Positions 1 to 8,907 of a stretch of 32,000 nt of DNA are shown here, piece after piece. Position 1 is the first letter of the stretch, and each line of letters starts with the position of its first letter. The stretch lies in NCBI RefSeq assembly GCF_049243625.1, contig NZ_CP046975.1. One strand, written 5' to 3'. The position numbers and the translations under genes were made by a program. The notes beneath the pieces were generated by a model. The model saw only the letters and a program-made list of their open reading frames with translations. It was not told where the DNA came from and made no database searches. The stretch comes from Corynebacterium amycolatum. Lineage in GTDB: Bacteria; Actinomycetota; Actinomycetes; Mycobacteriales; Mycobacteriaceae.

Positions 1-197
1 ACAGCGAGCAATCCGTCGTCACGCATGTTCGGTGGCATCCGGACATCGCTGACGATGACATCGAACGTCTGCCCTTCGGCAGTGTCGAGCAGCTGATCCG
101 CATCACCGACGGCGACAACCTCGTATCCCAGCGCCCGCAGCAGGCCGGTCAGCCCCTCGCGCAGGAGTACGGAGTCCTCGGCCAGCAGTACTTTCAT
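1..197 (-). CDS. Response regulator, N-terminal receiver domain (partial; 3' end lies beyond the window start)
   Basis: Absent from the ORF track because it is open at the window edge. My reverse-complement translation from the ATG (complement of 195-197) gives MKVLLAEDSVLLREGLTGLLRALGYEVVAVGDADQLLDTAEGQTFDVIVSDVRMPPNMRDDGLLA. This is a CheY-like receiver with an acidic pocket (ED) and a phospho-acceptor Asp in VSDVRMP. Its ATG overlaps the stop of the upstream kinase (ATGA at 194-197), which suggests translational coupling. Confidence 0.85.
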   Translation of the reverse strand, partial: MKVLLAEDSVLLREGLTGLLRALGYEVVAVGDADQLLDTAEGQTFDVIVSDVRMPPNMRDDGLLA

Positions 198-1393
198 CGC
201 GTCCTTCCTTGGCGAACAGGCAGTTCCAGCCGCAATTCAGCACCACCGTCGGCGTTGGTGAGCGTCACGGTTCCGCCGAGCGCTGCCGCCCGTTCGCGCA
301 GGCCCGCAATGCCGGTTCCCGTGCCATGTTTTACGACGTCTACAGCGTCCGCCCCCGATGGTTCCATCAGACCTTCACCGTTGTCGCGCACAGTGACCGT
401 AAGCGTACCCGGATGAGACACGAGCGCCCTCTTCGGAGTCTGAACCGCGAGAGTGATATCAGCTCGATTGGCATGGCCATGCTTGGTGGCGTTGGTCAGC
501 CCCTCCGCTGCGCTGTGGTAAGCGAGTAACGCTGTGGTTTCGTCAATCGGGCCGAAGTCGGAAACACCATTTTCACCAACGGATACCTGCATTCCGGAGT
601 GCGCTGCCAGCTCCCTCACGGCAGCGACCAGTCCGTTTTCAAACAGTACCGGCGGGGCAATGCCAAGCACCACGGAGCGCAGCTGTGCAAGAGCCTGCGT
701 TGCATTACGGTCGGCGGCGGAGAGCGCCTCGGCTACATCTTCTTCAGTCTTACCCATGCGAGCAGCGGCAATGTTGAGTTTCAAGGCGGTCAGGTGTTGC
801 TGCGGACCGTCGTGAAGCTCGCGCTCAATGCGATGGCGCTCGCCTGAGAAGGAGTCAATGAGCACGTCGCGGGATTGGGTAACTTCTTCGCTGGATGGTG
901 CGAGGATGACGCGGGAGAGCCAAATGGACAGCAGGCCGGCACCGAGGTTGATGGCGATGGTCAGCACCAAAAAGAGGATTGCGAAAACCCAGGCAACAGA
1001 GATTTTCTGTGTTGGGTCCGTCAGAGTCCAGCTGAAAAACTGCACTTCATCAACCAGGAAAGGTGCAGCGAAGAGCACTCCGACAGTAAAACCACCGCCG
1101 ACCCACGCTGTAAAGGTGACGAACCCAATGACCAGTTGGACGAGCAGGTTGACGAAGTTGCGGATGTCGAACCAACGATTGGTCACGCGGTTGGCAATCG
1201 GGGTGCCGGACCACGATGCCACCCAGCGAGAGAGCCAGTCGGCACCTCGGCCGATGAGCGGAATCCACGGCAGAAGCACAACAGAGGCAATCAAACCCGG
1301 AATGAACAGCAGGCCGAGAATAAAACTCCAGGCCAGCGCGATTAAATTCTTTTTCTTTGTCATAGGTTCAAAGCTAAGTTGGCCCGGGTTCAA
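194..1393 (-). CDS. Two-component sensor histidine kinase, HisKA_3 (NarL-partner) type with a membrane-embedded N-terminal sensor region
   Basis: 399-aa ORF. The N-terminal half has 4-5 hydrophobic helices. It is followed by the H-box ERHRIERELHDGPQQHLTALKL and ATPase motifs (NATKHG, VRDNGEG, GTGIAGLRERAAALGG). The track start at 1393 is a TTG; the ATG at 1363 (MTKKKN...) is an equally plausible start. Confidence 0.85.
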   Translation of the reverse strand: MNPGQLSFEPMTKKKNLIALAWSFILGLLFIPGLIASVVLLPWIPLIGRGADWLSRWVASWSGTPIANRVTNRWFDIRNFVNLLVQLVIGFVTFTAWVGGGFTVGVLFAAPFLVDEVQFFSWTLTDPTQKISVAWVFAILFLVLTIAINLGAGLLSIWLSRVILAPSSEEVTQSRDVLIDSFSGERHRIERELHDGPQQHLTALKLNIAAARMGKTEEDVAEALSAADRNATQALAQLRSVVLGIAPPVLFENGLVAAVRELAAHSGMQVSVGENGVSDFGPIDETTALLAYHSAAEGLTNATKHGHANRADITLAVQTPKRALVSHPGTLTVTVRDNGEGLMEPSGADAVDVVKHGTGTGIAGLRERAAALGGTVTLTNADGGAELRLELPVRQGRTR

Positions 1394-1419
1394 ATACAGT
1401 GGAGCTAACTCCCCTAAAT

Positions 1420-2751
1420 TCAGTCGAGCTGAATACGTCCCGGCTTCTTTTCACCGATACCTCGGTCGGCCAGTTCGTCATCAATGTACGTTGGCCGACC
1501 GACAGCCAGCCCAAGCACTGCAAGCACGACCGTAGTACCAAGCAGCACGACCAGAATAGGTGTCCACGTTTCCGTCGTTCCAGCGGCCACACCCACCAGG
1601 AATGGCCCGACTGCGGAGAAAATGTAGCCGATTGGCTGCACGAAGCCGGACAGCCGCGCGGTCAGCTCATGGCTGCGCGTGCGGCCCGGAATCAGCGCGA
1701 TAGCCATGGGGAAACAAAAACCACCCACGCCCAGCAGGAACGCAGCCCCAATCGCGTATCCAACACCAGTTTCCGCCGCTCCCCACTGGTCGATCAGAAT
1801 CATCAACGCATACCCGAGGAAGAAAAGGCAGCCGAGACCAAAGGCTACGTAGGACATGGTGCGGAGCCGTGCAATCAGCGGTGGCATCAGCAGCCCGCCG
1901 ATGATGCCCAGCCCTTGAACAATCATGGATGCCGCGGTAGCTACGCTGACGCTGATGCCTGCGTCGATAAGCATTTTCGGCATCCAGCCCATGAGCACGT
2001 AGGCGTTCATCGACTGCACGCCGAAGAAAACTGCCAGCGCAATGGCCGTCGGCGACTTCCAGATTGGCGTGTTTACCGAGGAGCTGACCGAGGCCTTCGG
2101 ATAGTCGAATCCGATGCGCGCACGCAGCGGCAACCACACAACGAGCTGAACAAAGGCGGTTATCGCCCATACGGCAATCGCCCAGCGCCACATATCGACG
2201 CCGCCTGTGGACGCTTCGGGTGAATCGCTAATCAAAAACGCCGTCGCCGGCCCCAGTCCGCCCCCGAGGGCGAGCATGCTGGAGTACAACATCATCAGCA
2301 CGACGGCATGACGGCCGCCATGCACCTTGATCCACGCAGGTAGCAGTACATTTCCCAGCGCAATACCCGCAACCGACAACGCCGTAAACAGAAGGAATAG
2401 CCAGATGCTGCTCACCCACGGGCGCACCGCAAGGCCGACGAATAGCAACGTCGCAGACAGTGTGAGTGCACCGCTTAAGCCCATTCGCTTGCCGACGGAA
2501 ACCGCGGACAACCCAATCGCGAAAAATGCGAGCCCCGGAATCGCTGTAATCAAACCACCAAAGGCGGAGGAAGCGCCAAGGTCGGATAGGAGCTGATCAA
2601 TCACCGGACCGATTGACGCAATACTCGGGCGCAAATTCAGCGCCGCGACGATTACGGCGATAACGAGAACGGGAACGCTGAGCGCGATGGCATTCTTCGA
2701 GGACCCAGCGGCCTTTGGCTGTTGTTGCCCTGGTTTTTCTTCTATCGCCAT
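1420..2751 (-). CDS. MFS transporter, CynX/cyanate-permease-like subfamily
   Basis: 443-aa ORF with about 12 hydrophobic segments. The N-terminal motif LNLRPSIASIGPVIDQL matches the LN(M/L)RP..S(V/I)GP(L/V) signature I recall from E. coli CynX. It ends 26 bp upstream of the kinase gene on the same strand. Confidence 0.8.
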   Translation of the reverse strand: MAIEEKPGQQQPKAAGSSKNAIALSVPVLVIAVIVAALNLRPSIASIGPVIDQLLSDLGASSAFGGLITAIPGLAFFAIGLSAVSVGKRMGLSGALTLSATLLFVGLAVRPWVSSIWLFLLFTALSVAGIALGNVLLPAWIKVHGGRHAVVLMMLYSSMLALGGGLGPATAFLISDSPEASTGGVDMWRWAIAVWAITAFVQLVVWLPLRARIGFDYPKASVSSSVNTPIWKSPTAIALAVFFGVQSMNAYVLMGWMPKMLIDAGISVSVATAASMIVQGLGIIGGLLMPPLIARLRTMSYVAFGLGCLFFLGYALMILIDQWGAAETGVGYAIGAAFLLGVGGFCFPMAIALIPGRTRSHELTARLSGFVQPIGYIFSAVGPFLVGVAAGTTETWTPILVVLLGTTVVLAVLGLAVGRPTYIDDELADRGIGEKKPGRIQLD

Positions 2752-2936
2752 AACAATGGACGTTACCGCTTCCTGCTAATGACTCTCTCGCCGACCCAAG
2801 CCGGCTCGTTCGAGGAAGCTTAAAAACTAGCGTACTGAATGTCGCTGTTGTCCTATCCTGGACTACAAGGACATCTCTTTTTCTTTATCTATTGACAGTC
2901 TTTCGGCTATCTCTGACGTAAGGATTGAACTCAAAA

Positions 2937-3416
2937 ATGGTTGAACCGATTTCTGATTCCATGCTCATTGCCTACGACGGCTCCGACGAAGCCAAGCGGG
3001 CGCTGGCCTATGCCGGAAAACTGCTGCGCGTTAAGAAGGCCTACATTCTGACTGCCTGGGAACCCCTGCAGCGCGCTGCAGCTCGCACTGCTGGCGCCTC
3101 TGGCATGATGCAGCCCGACTGGGATGCCACGACTGAAGACGGCGATCCGGCTCACGACGAGGCCGTCCGTATTTGCCGTGAGGGTGTACAGATTGCCGCT
3201 GAGGCTGGCTTCGTCGCGGAGCCCTACTTGGTAGAGACTGAAACTACTATCTGGTCGGCCATCGTCGATGCAGCTCACGACCTCGATGCGGGCGTGATTA
3301 TCTCCGGCACTCGCGGTGTTACTGGTTTGCGTGGTCTGTTCACCGCCTCGACCTCTGACGCGTTGCTGAAGAATGCTGGCCGCCCGGTCCTCGTCGTTCC
3401 GGGGGAAAAGGAATAA
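2937..3416 (+). CDS. Universal stress protein (UspA family)
   Basis: Motifs LIAYDGSDEAKRAL and VIISGTRGVTGLRGLFTASTSDALLKNAGRPVLVVP (G-x2-G-x9-G-S/T ATP-binding type). The track ORF starts at TTG 2925, which directly abuts AAGGA (2920-2924). ATG 2937 (MVEPISDS) is better spaced, so it is used here. Confidence 0.85.
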   Translation: MVEPISDSMLIAYDGSDEAKRALAYAGKLLRVKKAYILTAWEPLQRAAARTAGASGMMQPDWDATTEDGDPAHDEAVRICREGVQIAAEAGFVAEPYLVETETTIWSAIVDAAHDLDAGVIISGTRGVTGLRGLFTASTSDALLKNAGRPVLVVPGEKE

Positions 3417-3612
3417 TTTCCAGAAAATTTTTAAAAACTTACTTAGCTGATAGAAAATGGGTTAATCTCTCAACTAAGAAAACTCAATGACCGCTGAAAC
3501 CGCTCAAAATTCAAGGCGGGGAGAGAATCCCAGCTGTTCCACTGGTTTACAGAAGTCACAGAGTGTAGTTTTATAAACAGTATTGACTTAATGCACACGA
3601 GGAGTCCTCAAC

Positions 3613-3807
3613 ATGGCATACGAAACTGATTCCGAGCAGCGTCGTAGCGTTGGCCCTGCCCTGGCCTCGGCGCTCATTGGCGCCCTTCTCGGTGGTGCCG
3701 CTATCTTCGGCATCGGCCAGGCTCTGACCGAAGACCGAATTCCGGAAGCACAGGCTGTTTCCACCGATGACGCTCTGCTTGGCGGTGTCGAGTACGGTCA
3801 GCGTTGA
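3613..3807 (+). CDS. Small single-pass membrane protein, DUF2613-like (Rv0236A-like position upstream of aftD)
   Basis: 64 aa. GAGGAG (3599-3604) lies 8 nt upstream of the ATG. One hydrophobic helix, PALASALIGALLGGAAIFGIG. It ends 29 bp before the AftD-like gene, the arrangement I recall for Rv0236A/Rv0236c. Confidence 0.6.
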   Translation: MAYETDSEQRRSVGPALASALIGALLGGAAIFGIGQALTEDRIPEAQAVSTDDALLGGVEYGQR

Positions 3808-3836
3808 GTTTTTAACGCTAACCCTCCTTTAAAGCT

Positions 3837-6800
3837 ATGCCCACCTTTGTTCGAGCGCGTAAGCGCGTGCTTGTACCTTGGTGGGCTTTGCTGTGCCTGC
3901 TGGCATTCATCCAGTCCCCCGGCAAGACTGTCGCTGACACAAAGCACGACCTGACAGAAGACCCCATCGGGTTTTTGTCCGCCTCGCTCAACATGTGGTC
4001 AGACACCATGCCGCTGGGACAGCTCCAAAACCAGGCATATGGCTATCTCTTTCCACAGGGCGCATTCTTCGCGCTGTTTAGTTTGCTGCCCGATGTCCTA
4101 GCGCCCGGCTGGCTGATTCAGACGCTGTGGTGGAGCCTTACTCTCTGCGTGGCTTTTACCGGCGCATATCGCGTGGCCGAAGCTATAAACGTCGGCACGC
4201 ATACCTCTCGCGTATTGGCGGCATTGTTGTACGCGTTGTCGCCGCGCGTGATTACGACGTTGGGCGCGATTTCGTCCGAGACCTGGCCGGTCGCACTGGC
4301 ACCGTGGATTCTGCTTCCGCTCCTGCGGGTCGCAGCCCGGCGCGAGGAACTGCCCTGGCGTGCGACTGCCCGTGCCGTATTGCTGTCCGGCCTAGCGGTA
4401 CTGTGCACTGGCGCGGTCAATGCGGTCAGTACAGCGGCAGCTTGCATCCCCGCAGGTCTGATGCTGCTCTTCTTCGCTTTTACGGGGCCTCGTCGCGGGC
4501 GTGCGTGGGCGATGCTCGGCGGTTGGCTGGCTGCGTGTGCAGCGGTCAGCATGTGGTGGATTGTGCCGCTGCTCCTGCTGGGCAAGTACTCACCACCGTT
4601 TACGGACTACATTGAGTCCTCCGGTGTGACCACTCGTTGGTTGAGTCTCGGCGAGACGCTCCGCGGTTCCACCTCGTGGACACCGTTTGTCTCTTTCGAG
4701 CGAGTCGGCGGAAATGCGCTGGTCGCGGAGCCCATTCTCATTTACGCCACCCTGGCTGTAGCGGCGATTGGCCTACTTGGCTTGGTCATGCGCTCACTTC
4801 CGCTGCGTCGAATGTGGCTGATGATGCTGCTCATCGGGCTTGTCATCATGGCGGCCTGGACGGAGCCGTTCGGGCTGGCGTGGGAATCGGCTCGAGAGGT
4901 GCTCGATTCCACGCTCGCAGCAGTGCGCAACCTGCACAAATTCGACACTATTGTGCGTCTGCCACTTGTCATCGGCTTCGCTCATGCGACAGCCCAGCTG
5001 CCATGGCCGTGGCGAGAGCCGGCGAACGAGCACACGAACGAGACGGCGAGCGATTCAGCGACCACTGGCTGGCAGCAGTGGCTACACCCGGAGAAGCACC
5101 CGCGCGCTATCGCATCGATGCTGGTTCTGGTGGTTATCGCCAGCGCCACCGCCCCTGCGTGGAGCGCACGCCTCGCTCCGACAGGTGGTTTTTCCGAGGT
5201 TCCGGGCTACTGGCACGAAGCGGCCGACTGGCTGAATGAGCAGGGCGAGGACACCCGCACGCTGGTGGTGCCGTCATCGCCGTTTGCTGATCAGACATGG
5301 GGCAATACTCGCGACGAACCGCTCCAGCCGCTCGCCGACGTGCCCTGGGCCGTCCGCGATACCGTGCCACTAGTGCCTCCAGAGGCGATTCGCGGCCTCG
5401 ATGGTCTGCGCAATTCACTGACTCGGGGCCGTGAGGTACCGGCACTGGATGCCACCCTGCGCAACAACGGTATCGGCTACGTGCTGGTCCGCCACGACTT
5501 GAGAGTTACCTCGAGGGGCGATTCGCTGCGCGCCATCACTTCCACGCTGCAGGACTCCCCGACCATGGAAAAGGTGGCGGAGTTCGCGGACGAGGACGGC
5601 CATACCGCTATCCAGATTTGGGGTGCGGGCCCGAAGGAGCTGCGCAATCACGCACTTTCACCGCGGTTGGTAGACACTACCCAGATACCGCTGGTCGCCG
5701 GCGGCCCCGAAGTGCTCCCGCGGCTTGACGAAGTCGATTCCGATGCTCCGGTGCGCATCCTGTCTGGCAAGAATGCCGGCACTGTCACCGACACGCCCGC
5801 CCGCCGCGGCCGCAACTATGGTGAAGTCGTCGGCGCGGAGTCAGCAATCCTGGCCGAAGACGAGGACTCATATGTCCGCAACCTCGTTCCGGACTACCCC
5901 GTCGTGGGACTGCCACTGACGCAGACAGCAACGGGTCGCGCCACAATTGAGGTTTCGTCGTCGGCCTCTGAGCCATACAACGTCGGTGGTGCATCGGCTG
6001 ACCACTCGGTCACCGCAATGCTCGACGGCGACACCTCCACCTGGTGGGAACCCTTGGCGGGCAAGAGCCAGGCTGAGTGGGTCAAACTGTCGTGGAAGGA
6101 ACCGACCGATAACGCAGTGCTCAGCCTGACCGGTGCTCGCGTTCCGGTGCAACTGCGCATCCAGACTGATACGGCTTCGAGCTCCGTACAGTTGGTCCCG
6201 GGTGAGACGACTCGTATTCCGCTGCCCGGCGGCAAGACCACATCTGTGCTCATCACAGCAAAGATTGCTCCTGTAGGCTTCGCTATCTCCGAGCTAGGCC
6301 TGGTGATTCCACAGCGAGACACTGGCTTCGACGCATTCGAATCCAGCAGTCCCGATTCCGATGAAGAGGCGGAACTTTCCACCGAGGATATAGCGGAGGA
6401 CCTCACGCCGGTTCGTGTCCCGGTGGTGCCGAATTCCTCTTCGCTGGCTCAGCGTTGGGTCTTCGGCCAGGAGATTCATGAGGGCACGCTGGTGCGCCTG
6501 TTCACCGTTCCGAAGCCGGTAAAGGTAAAGGTCGATGCTGATACCTGCCGCAGCAGCATCGGAGCCCCGTGGGCCAGCCTCCAGCGCGGTGACGGCTCTG
6601 ATCACCGCGAGCTGACCTGTGGTGAAGAGATTGAGCTCTCACCGGGGCCATGGCGCATCGATGCCAAGTCCGATTGGGTGTCGCTCACCTCGACTGACTA
6701 CTTCGCGCCGTCAGCTGAGCAGCAGAAAGTGACGCCAATCGATCTGAACAATCCCATTGACTCTGCCGACCACGATCGCATCGTGTGGTTGCCAATCTCT

Positions 6801-7448
6801 GTCAATGCTGGCCATGAGCTCCGTGTCGGAGGCGCCGCCATGAAGCCGGTAACGGTCTCTGGTTGGCAGCAGGGTTGGACGATTCCGGCCGGTATTGGTG
6901 GTGCGGTCGAGCTGACCTACCCACCGCAGCAGACCTGGCGTACTGGCATCCTGGCAGGCGGCGCACTCGCAACCGTGTACGCACTGGTCACTGTGGGGCT
7001 GGCTTTCGCTTGGCGACGCTTCGCTCTCACCACCCCGATTCCCGCGTCTTCGCTGAGCAATGACTTGCCGCGGGCGGCTATTGGCATTGCGGCTGCCGCG
7101 ACAGTGACACTGGTATCCAGCTGGCCTGGCGTGGTCGTTGCCCTCGTGGTGGTTGCCGCTACCCTTGGTGCGGTTTTCTGGGCACGGAAGCGTGGGGACG
7201 TCGTCAAGCCATGGCTGAACGTGCGAAACGCCCTTATTGTGACACTTGCTGCGACGATGTCGATTGCGGGCTTGGTGCTGGCGGCGAACCCGTGGCCGAA
7301 GGATGACTACGCCGGTGCCGACTGGCCGCTTCAGTTACTGGTGACGGCGGCGCTGACGATCGTGGCGTGCTGCTCGATGCTTTCCGATGGCGGTGCTGAT
7401 GACGACACCGACAGCGACGTCGACAACACCGACAACGCCGCTGATTAA
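3837..7448 (+). CDS. aftD: AftD-family alpha-(1->3)-arabinofuranosyltransferase (DUF3367, GT-C type) with discoidin/F5-8-type-C-like carbohydrate-binding region
   Basis: 1203 aa. The N-terminal signature SPGKTVADTKHDLTEDPIGFLSASLNMWSDTMPLGQLQNQAYGYLFPQGAFF is typical of the AftD/DUF3367 family. There are many TM helices at both the N- and C-terminus, a central soluble part containing DGDTSTWWEP...AEWVKLSW (F5/8-C like), and an acidic tail DDDTDSDVDNTDNAAD. Confidence 0.8.
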   Translation: MPTFVRARKRVLVPWWALLCLLAFIQSPGKTVADTKHDLTEDPIGFLSASLNMWSDTMPLGQLQNQAYGYLFPQGAFFALFSLLPDVLAPGWLIQTLWWSLTLCVAFTGAYRVAEAINVGTHTSRVLAALLYALSPRVITTLGAISSETWPVALAPWILLPLLRVAARREELPWRATARAVLLSGLAVLCTGAVNAVSTAAACIPAGLMLLFFAFTGPRRGRAWAMLGGWLAACAAVSMWWIVPLLLLGKYSPPFTDYIESSGVTTRWLSLGETLRGSTSWTPFVSFERVGGNALVAEPILIYATLAVAAIGLLGLVMRSLPLRRMWLMMLLIGLVIMAAWTEPFGLAWESAREVLDSTLAAVRNLHKFDTIVRLPLVIGFAHATAQLPWPWREPANEHTNETASDSATTGWQQWLHPEKHPRAIASMLVLVVIASATAPAWSARLAPTGGFSEVPGYWHEAADWLNEQGEDTRTLVVPSSPFADQTWGNTRDEPLQPLADVPWAVRDTVPLVPPEAIRGLDGLRNSLTRGREVPALDATLRNNGIGYVLVRHDLRVTSRGDSLRAITSTLQDSPTMEKVAEFADEDGHTAIQIWGAGPKELRNHALSPRLVDTTQIPLVAGGPEVLPRLDEVDSDAPVRILSGKNAGTVTDTPARRGRNYGEVVGAESAILAEDEDSYVRNLVPDYPVVGLPLTQTATGRATIEVSSSASEPYNVGGASADHSVTAMLDGDTSTWWEPLAGKSQAEWVKLSWKEPTDNAVLSLTGARVPVQLRIQTDTASSSVQLVPGETTRIPLPGGKTTSVLITAKIAPVGFAISELGLVIPQRDTGFDAFESSSPDSDEEAELSTEDIAEDLTPVRVPVVPNSSSLAQRWVFGQEIHEGTLVRLFTVPKPVKVKVDADTCRSSIGAPWASLQRGDGSDHRELTCGEEIELSPGPWRIDAKSDWVSLTSTDYFAPSAEQQKVTPIDLNNPIDSADHDRIVWLPISVNAGHELRVGGAAMKPVTVSGWQQGWTIPAGIGGAVELTYPPQQTWRTGILAGGALATVYALVTVGLAFAWRRFALTTPIPASSLSNDLPRAAIGIAAAATVTLVSSWPGVVVALVVVAATLGAVFWARKRGDVVKPWLNVRNALIVTLAATMSIAGLVLAANPWPKDDYAGADWPLQLLVTAALTIVACCSMLSDGGADDDTDSDVDNTDNAAD

Positions 7449-7454
7449 GAGCCG

Positions 7455-8711
7455 TTAGCGGTTGACCCAGACGCGTGCGAAGAAGCGGCGGGCAGGTTCC
7501 TCGACGAGCGCGTAGGAGGCGGCGGCCACGGGAATCGACAGTGCGACCGTAACAATGGTGACACTGAGCAGATGGCCGGTAAATAGCTTCACACCAAGCA
7601 GCGGGAATGCGATGGAGAGCATCGCCACGTGCCAGAGGAAGATGCCGTAAGACCAGCGCCCCAGCGCCTGCATGATGGGGTGTTCGAGGAAGCGCGATTC
7701 CGGCGCCATCGTCCAGGGGCCGATGATGGCGGCACCGAAGACCAGCCCACACAGCAGGCGGCGAGTGAATTCCCAGTTGGTTAGCTCGACTAGTCCTTCG
7801 GGCCCCAGGTAGGAAGCCAGCACCAGCGCGCCCACGGCGATAGCCAGCCACAGCGAACGGCGGCGCGCCCAGCGCTGCATGGTTCCCACCCTCGCGCGGG
7901 CAGCATCGGTATCGACACCCTGGAGCGATTCCAGCTCGGCGAGAATCATGCCAGCTGCGAACCAGGAAAAGTATGCGATCGGCTGAATATGCGGGTTAAC
8001 GCCTTCCGGGTACGGCAGCGGTAGGTAGGGCCAACCGAAGCTCAAGATTGCGAGCAGGGAAATTGCCACTATGCGGCGCCCCTGCTGGCGATGTGGGTCC
8101 AACCGGCTAAGCCCGATGGCAAACAGCGGCAGCGCGATGTAGAACGCGACCTCCACCGACAATGACCACAGGTGCGTCAACCCACCGTGCAGAGAGCCGG
8201 AGAAATACACCTGTGTCAGCGTCAGGTTTGTCAGCCAAATCTTGAGATCCGCGCCACGCCCCACCGGCAGTGCGATGAGCACAATAAGCACCAGCACCCA
8301 GTACGCAGGCATAATGCGCGCGACGCGCTTCTTGTAATACTTCGCCCAGCTCTTCTTCCGTCCGCCGTCGGCATCGGCCAATGCTTTACGACGGGGGATT
8401 CCGCCATAACCCGAGCGGTGAGAACGCCACAACAGGAATCCGGACAGCACGAAGAAAACAGCCACGAAGAAGTCGAAGCGGCCGAGGACGCGTTCCCACA
8501 GGGCTCCCACATCATGCCCGGTCTGGAATGCGACGTGCGTACCGATGATGCCCATCGAAGCCACAGCGCGCAGCCCCTCCAGCGAGGGCAGGAAGCCTGG
8601 GCGGAATGTGGTGGCAGAGTTCGGCATAGCGCTCGGCGTAGGGTTCGGCATAGCGCTCGACGCTGTGTCTTGCCTAACGCTTGGAGCTGCCGCAAATGCC
8701 TTGGACGTCAT
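7455..8711 (-). CDS. Integral-membrane O-acyltransferase (acyltransferase-3 family); positional equivalent of Rv0228 / C. glutamicum TmaT
   Basis: 418 aa with about 10 TM helices. The N-terminal motif LPSLEGLRAVASMGIIGTHVAFQTG is typical of Acyl_transf_3. It converges on aftD with only 6 bp between the stop codons. The TmaT equivalence is inferred from synteny only. Confidence 0.85.
   Translation of the reverse strand: MTSKAFAAAPSVRQDTASSAMPNPTPSAMPNSATTFRPGFLPSLEGLRAVASMGIIGTHVAFQTGHDVGALWERVLGRFDFFVAVFFVLSGFLLWRSHRSGYGGIPRRKALADADGGRKKSWAKYYKKRVARIMPAYWVLVLIVLIALPVGRGADLKIWLTNLTLTQVYFSGSLHGGLTHLWSLSVEVAFYIALPLFAIGLSRLDPHRQQGRRIVAISLLAILSFGWPYLPLPYPEGVNPHIQPIAYFSWFAAGMILAELESLQGVDTDAARARVGTMQRWARRRSLWLAIAVGALVLASYLGPEGLVELTNWEFTRRLLCGLVFGAAIIGPWTMAPESRFLEHPIMQALGRWSYGIFLWHVAMLSIAFPLLGVKLFTGHLLSVTIVTVALSIPVAAASYALVEEPARRFFARVWVNR
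8619..8666. repeat. In-frame 24-bp tandem duplication inside the 5' end of the acyltransferase gene
   Basis: gttcggcatagcgctcggcgtagg (8619-8642) is followed by gttcggcatagcgctcgacgctgt (8643-8666). The first 17 nt are identical and 20/24 match overall. On the minus strand this encodes SAMPNPTP/SAMPNSAT. Confidence 0.9.
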
Positions 8712-8907
8712 AGTACTTTCTTACACGGATACTGGAATGAGTAAAATCACTTGTATTCTATTATGAAATAAATCCTGTTCAGACCTGTTTTTCCAAAACT
8801 CTTTTGTTTTCCCGACAAGTTATTTTTTAAAAACACACCACATAACTCCTAACTTCCTGCTAGGTTTTGCAGCAGAAAGTTACGTACAGTTAAAGGACTA
8901 TCCGCTG

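Noticed and set aside
828-1535. 235-aa and 156-aa plus-strand ORFs overlapping the histidine kinase gene
   Set aside because: They are antisense to a kinase with clear H-box and ATPase motifs. The translations are Arg/Ser/Pro-rich nonsense with no RBS.
3487-3576. 29-aa ORF (MTAETAQNSRRGENPSCSTGLQKSQSVVL) in the AT-rich usp-DUF2613 spacer
   Set aside because: It has no RBS, no hydrophobic or recognisable motif, and atypical codon usage. It is most likely chance.
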